Of a DNA stretch of 64,000 nt, positions 59,341 through 64,000 are shown one piece after another; position 1 is the stretch's first letter; each line of letters begins with the position of its first letter. The DNA comes from Cyanophora paradoxa CCMP329 (Eukaryota > Plantae > Glaucophyta). The translations under genes were made by a program, and so were the position numbers. The notes beneath the pieces are model-generated. The model was not told the origin of the DNA, searched no databases, and saw only the letters and a program-made list of their open reading frames with translations. The DNA lies in the NCBI GenBank assembly GCA_004431415.1, contig QPMI01000692.1:62001-126000 (forward strand). The letters run 5' to 3'.

Positions 59341-60263
59341 GCTTTGGTCCGACCTTAAGCGCTCAACTAGACCCGGTTGACACCGTCTTGATCTCTCCTT
59401 CTTGGCGCAGCGGACGATGTGACGCGCAGACCGTCGGCCCGGCGGACGGGGAGGCGCGCGCGTAGAACTTCGGAAGCGCTAGCCCTTGCTTGACCGAAGC
59501 TTAGAAAGTTTTGAGCGCACGTGAATGCGACACGTGTAGAGAGAAGGCAGAGCGCGCCGGAGCTAGCTTGCGCGGCCGAGCGCTCGACCGCCTTTGCTCC
59601 TAAGCTCAGAAAGTTTTGGGCTCACGCGGTTGCTCCACGTGTTTCGACTCAAAACACAGTACCCCAACCCGAAAAAAAGCGCCCGGGCAGCGCATCTCGC
59701 AGCGCCCGGGCCCAGCGCTCCTTGCAGCACTTGCCAGAGGCACTAGCTTGCATTCCGCTCAGCCCGGAGAGCCGCCGCCTCGCTCCTTTCGATTCGGAGG
59801 TGCGCCTCACTTCGCAACCTCTTTCTCCGCACCACGGCTAGCTCCGGACCTCAGATTTTGGGCGCTGGAAAGCTCTCTCGACGCCGCACTCACGCCGCCA
59901 CGCGCAGGGTCGCTCGCGCCGGCCGCGGACCTTCGAAAGCTCGATGGCGCCCGAGCCGGAGCACTCCGCCGCATCCCGCAGGTGCCAGCTCGCTCTCTTG
60001 CCGCTCTATCCCTTGCATTTAGCACCTAGAACATGCCCGCAACCTCGCGCTCGATTCGCCCGCGTCCGCTGACATTTGGTCTCTGAGCAGGTGCCGAGAT
60101 TGGCCGCCGCGCCTTCCGCAACTCGAGCCGACGTTCGCGGCGACTTGCGCACGCTTCTAGATCTCGTTCTCAAGCCCGCGCATCGATTCGGCGGCTCCGG
60201 CTCGCCTCCCCGCGCCTCCAGCCCCGCGCCCCACACCCGTTCTTGTCCTAGCTAAGCCCTCCC

Positions 60264-61576
60264 TTGTCCGCGGCCAGTCGCGGGCTACGCGCATCGCGGA
60301 TAGCATCAGTGGAGCTACGTTTCAGCGCTGGACGCAGGCCCGCCGCCAATCCCTCCCACCTCCCGCTCGCAGCACGCTCACTGGGCCGCAGGCAGCTTCG
60401 CGGGGAGCCGCTGGATTCGAAGCCGCGCACCTTCCCCGCCCGTCCCGACGTCGTACGCGCTAACGTCGCCCGCGCCGCAGGTGGCCGCCAGGCCTCCTGC
60501 ATCCAGGCCTTCGAGCCGGCGTGGCTGCGGGCGCAGCGCCTCGGCTTCTGGCAGGAGACGGCCTCCTGTCCCTCACCCGCTTCATCATCGCCCACTGCGC
60601 CGTCGACCCACCACCTACGTCGCCGCCCGAACACGGAGGGCTACATGACGAGCGTCGCGGGCATCGTCGAGTACATCGCGCGCACGGAGGGCCCCGACAC
60701 CTCGCCGCCGTCGGCGCCGACATCGAGAACGGCCGGCTGGACGAGACCCTCGCCGGCTTCGGCTCCTGGTGCCGCCCTACTCCTACAAGCTCGGCGGCGT
60801 CTGGCAGACCTACATCCGCGGCATCGTCCCCAAGGCCCGCTCTCCCTCGGCGAGAGCCAGCCGGCGCTGGAGGCGATCGCGATCCCCGTCGCCCAGTTCA
60901 AGGACCCGGTGGCCGACGTCGGGCCTTCCTCGTCAAGCCCCACACAAGGGCAAGGGCAAGCGCACCCGCAACTCGGCGCCGGCCTTCCTCCCGCCCAGCC
61001 CCCGCCACTGCCCCCAGCAGCGCCCCGGCCAGCAGCGCATCGACGAGATGCTGCCGCGCCAGGTCCGGCCCGCGTACCCCCGCTTTCCTCCCGTACCCCC
61101 CTCCCCCGCCCCCTCCTGATCCAAGGGCAGGGTACCTCCGCCTCCCCGCGAGCGCCGACGGCCCAGCCCCCTCCCGGCCCGGCGCCGTCCTCACCGCGAT
61201 CCAGGGCTTCGGGGCCCAGCAGGAGGCCGAGCGGCGGGCGCTGGCGGCGCGCCAGGCGCGCGAGGCGGAGGAGCGGCGCCAGGCCCTCTGGCCCAGCGCC
61301 TGCAGGCCACCATCGCCTTCCGCGCCGAGCTGGACTCCGGCTTCCGCGCCGGCCAGATCGCCGGGGCGGAGGCTCGGAGCGCTGGCGGGCGTTCGAGGCG
61401 GAGTCGGCGGGGCTGGCGAAGGGCCTCGGCTACAGCTACCGGCGCGTGCCCGTGCTCAAGGACTACGCGTCGGCCGCGGCGCGGAGGCCTCGCGGGCGGA
61501 GATCGACGCGGCGGAGGAGCAGGCGGCGCGCGAGGAGGCCGAGGACAACGCGCGCTTCCGGCACCTGCACCACTGA
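60264..61576 (+). pseudogene. One or two hypothetical viral proteins, heavily frameshifted
   Basis: Coding-like segments switch frames (EGYMTSVAGIVEYIA, PYSYKLGGVWQTYIRG, GYSYRRVPVLKDY). Confidence 0.45.
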
Positions 61577-61624
61577 GGCCCCGAGGCGGTATTTTTCTCA
61601 ACCCTCCCTCAATTCGGTCCCGCG

Positions 61625-61873
61625 ATGGCCTTCGAAGCTTATCCTGCCCACTACTCGCTAGAGCGCTGGCCGCGACCTCACCTGGCTCCTCGGCGGCACC
61701 CCACGGCCTCGGCGGTCATAGGCGTGGGCTTCGGCTACGCCGCCAAGTCCCTCTACGCCCCGGCGGCGCCTCGCAGGCGGCGGCCGGCATGCGCCCCGCC
61801 GGGCGCTAACTTTTCAAAGTTCATTCTCCCCTCCCCTTTTCCGAGTTCCGAGTCCGTTGGCGTTCCCTTTTAA
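61625..61873 (+). CDS. Small hypothetical protein with hydrophobic segment
   Basis: ASAVIGVGFGYAAKSLY; intronless. Confidence 0.4.
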   Translation: MAFEAYPAHYSLERWPRPHLAPRRHPTASAVIGVGFGYAAKSLYAPAAPRRRRPACAPPGANFSKFILPSPFPSSESVGVPF

Positions 61874-61903
61874 ATTTTCTTCATTCTCGTTACACGTTCG
61901 AAG

Positions 61904-62380
61904 ATGTCGAGCGCGGTAGAGAAGCTGCTGTGCACCGTGTTCAAATCGGATTCGCGATGCAGCAAGATCGGCGAGGCGGCGAGGGCTAAGGGCGGGGCGG
62001 CGGCGGAGGGGCCCAGGGTGAAGGCGGCGGATCCCGCGCCGCCGTCGCTGAAAACGATCAAGGGGGCGGGCAAGGGCAGGAGCGTGGGGGCGCTGCCCTC
62101 GTGGCGATCGCGCCGGGCAGAGGGAGGCGGCGCACGCGGCGACGGCGGCGCTGGCCGCGCGGCGGCAGGCGGAGGCCTACCCGTGCCTGGGCCGGGGGCT
62201 GCACCCGCCGGCCGGCCGCCCTACGCCGTGAGCGCCTACTTCGACGAGGCCAACCGGCTGAGCTGCCAGGAGCTGTGCGACAACCGCATGCGGCGCGCCG
62301 TGGACGGGCACCTGCCGCTGCTGGTGGCGCTGGGCGGCTCGCTCCTGATGGTCTGGTACCTGCGCGGCCTGGTCATTTAG
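61904..62380 (+). CDS. Small protein(s) with C-terminal transmembrane helix
   Basis: LPLLVALGGSLLMVWYLRGLVI at the C-terminus. Confidence 0.55.
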   Translation: MSSAVEKLLCTVFKSDSRCSKIGEAARAKGGAAAEGPRVKAADPAPPSLKTIKGAGKGRSVGALPSWRSRRAEGGGARGDGGAGRAAAGGGLPVPGPGAAPAGRPPYAVSAYFDEANRLSCQELCDNRMRRAVDGHLPLLVALGGSLLMVWYLRGLVI

Positions 62381-62406
62381 ATAGTTTTTCGAAGTCTAGG
62401 TCAAAG

Positions 62407-62807
62407 ATGGGCTGGGTGGACGCCGTGCTGACCAAGGTCTTCGGACCGAAGAGCGCGCAGCCGCCGCCGAGCTTCAACCTGGCCGCGGCGATCAGCACGA
62501 CGATCGAGCGCAAGAACAACGAGCTCATCCTAAAGAACGACGGCAAGCTTCCCTGGGCCGACGTGGCCGCGGGCGCACTCGGCAGCACGCTGACGGGAAT
62601 CGATCGGACGGGCGCCGCGGCGTGAAGGTCGGGCAGGCGGTTGCGGCCGTGCCGGAGCTTGCGATGAAGGGCTGGCACTACGCCAAGATCGCCGCCGGCG
62701 TCGCCGCCGTGCTCCTTGCGATCTGGCTCGCGTGGCAGCTGCGCGGCGCCTACCAGGGCGCGCGCCTGCAGAGCGCCCAGCTCGACTATTTTCTAAAGGC
62801 TAGGTAA
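62407..62807 (+). CDS. Putative N-myristoylated membrane protein (one frameshift ~62620)
   Basis: MGWVDAVL... joined to ...IAAGVAAVLLAIWLAWQL. Confidence 0.55.
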
Positions 62808-62819
62808 AGCGAGCGAACC

Positions 62820-63193
62820 ATGCGCGGCGGCTCTTCCCCCCGTGTTTCCTTCGCTGAGAACCCGGTGGCGAACGCAGTCGCCCCTACCCCCCTGGAGCCC
62901 GGAGTGAAGCTGGAGCGTGCGAACGCAGTCTCCACCAAGAAGGCCAAGCGCGCGCTGGCGCTGGAGGTCCCGGTCGCGGAGGATACGGAGAAGGTTGCAT
63001 TCAACAAGCGCAAGACGTACAAGGCGATACGCGAGGGACAGCTGCTGCCACGGACTCGGTTCCCGGGCTGCCGGGCACCACGGCCGGCGAGCTCCTAGTG
63101 CGCAACCTGCGCCTGCAGTACGTCTCCCGCCTCCGCCGCTCCAAGGCCAAGAAGGCGCGCCTGGACTCGGGCGATAGCAGCTCTAGCTCGTAG
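62820..63193 (+). CDS. Small basic hypothetical protein (frameshift ~63050)
   Basis: K/R-rich ORF continuing in another frame to LVRNLRLQYVSRLRRSK. Confidence 0.45.
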
Positions 63194-63549
63194 GGCTCTG
63201 TACTGTTGTATTCAATGCCTTTACCAGTTCCTGTTCCTATCCAGAGCACGACTCGGGTGAAGGGCACGGTCATAGCGAACATGAACTCGGCGAACTTTGC
63301 AAAGTTCATCAGGGTTCCCAGGCGGGGATCCTCCAGTAGATCGCCTCGCGCAGCGCCTCGTAGACGCGCATGAGGGAGCGCTCGTTCTCCGTCGCGAAGG
63401 CGTCGCCGGGCTCGTCGGGGTCGGGATCCGTGAGCTCGGAGTACTCGTCCGAGCTGCCCGCGCTCTCGGCACTGCGGCGGGGTCGGGCGAGGGTCGGGCA
63501 TTCTTTGCTGGTAGAAGGGTTAGAAGAGGGACCAGAAAATCACTAGCAA

Positions 63550-63890
63550 TCACGGGCGCCGGAACTCCATCGAGTCGCCGCGCCAGTACTTGTTGCCGGA
63601 GGCGAGCAGCTTCATCGGCTCGCCCGTCGAATCGTGCTTCCAGGCCTCGCCGTCCCAGAGGGCCGTGCCGCCGTCCTCTAGCTTGAGGCGGTGGCCCGGC
63701 TCGAGCCGGTTGCCGTCGAGCATGCGGCCGGCCATGAGCGCCAGGTCCCACTCGGTGAGGTTGCGCTGCTCTGCGGGGGTGAGGCCGCGCTCGACGCGCT
63801 CGGGCTGGCGCGCCTCGCGCTCATGCGGCTGAGGCCCACCAGGAAGAAGATGGGCAGCGCAAAGGCCATGAGATCTAGCAGGGCCTCCAT
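63550..63890 (-). CDS. Small hypothetical protein with N-terminal hydrophobic anchor (frameshifted)
   Basis: LLDLMAFALPIFFLVGL then EWDLALMAGRMLDG..LWDGEAWKHD. Confidence 0.45.
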
Positions 63891-64000
63891 TGAGGAGGGA
63901 CTTAGAAAAGGTTCCGGACCAGGCCCGAGAGCTGCGGGCCCAGGCGCCGGGCGGCGTAGTAGAGCGCGGCCGCCGCCGCGCAAGGATCAGAAGGCGCGGC

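Larger units (their letters stand above)
52900..64000. mobile_element. Second endogenous DNA-virus-like element (UL9-like helicase, YqaJ, small membrane proteins); boundaries not resolved
   Basis: Intronless, closely packed ORFs with viral-type domains and element-specific palindromic repeats. Continues beyond the window end. Confidence 0.72.

Overview
Eukaryotic genomic DNA from a GC-rich, intron-dense alga or protist (species not identifiable from sequence alone), in four zones. (1) 1-10680: right part of an endogenous Polinton/Polinton-like virus. It carries the minor capsid C-terminus, major capsid, A32-like packaging ATPase, an AT-hook protein, a divergent PolB-SF1 helicase-HNH fusion, rve integrase, a DUF5710-like protein and an intact S-adenosylmethionine decarboxylase, and ends in ACTACT. 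Four core genes each carry exactly one in-frame TAG. (2) ~10960-20910: nested repeats and mobile DNA. A Helentron/HINE-like element with ~150-bp internal repeats is triplicated as ~1.9-kb units inside an AT-rich island with a Dam-like adenine methyltransferase; a 158-bp tandem repeat and a CACTA MITE with a 3-bp TSD follow. (3) ~20920-50300: intron-rich host genes (copine-UBA, cNMP-binding protein, cNMP+RWP-RK factor, PDI-like, ACBP-domain, degenerate CapA-like, homeobox). (4) ~52900-64000: a second, GC-rich, intronless virus-like element. It has a YqaJ exonuclease/recombinase and a herpes UL9-like origin-binding helicase surrounded by six copies of a ~52-bp palindrome with an AT-rich core, followed by a cluster of small membrane proteins. 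This last module is the best candidate for an undescribed system. Host gene boundaries are approximate (manual intron reading), and all family calls rest on motif recognition, not database searches.
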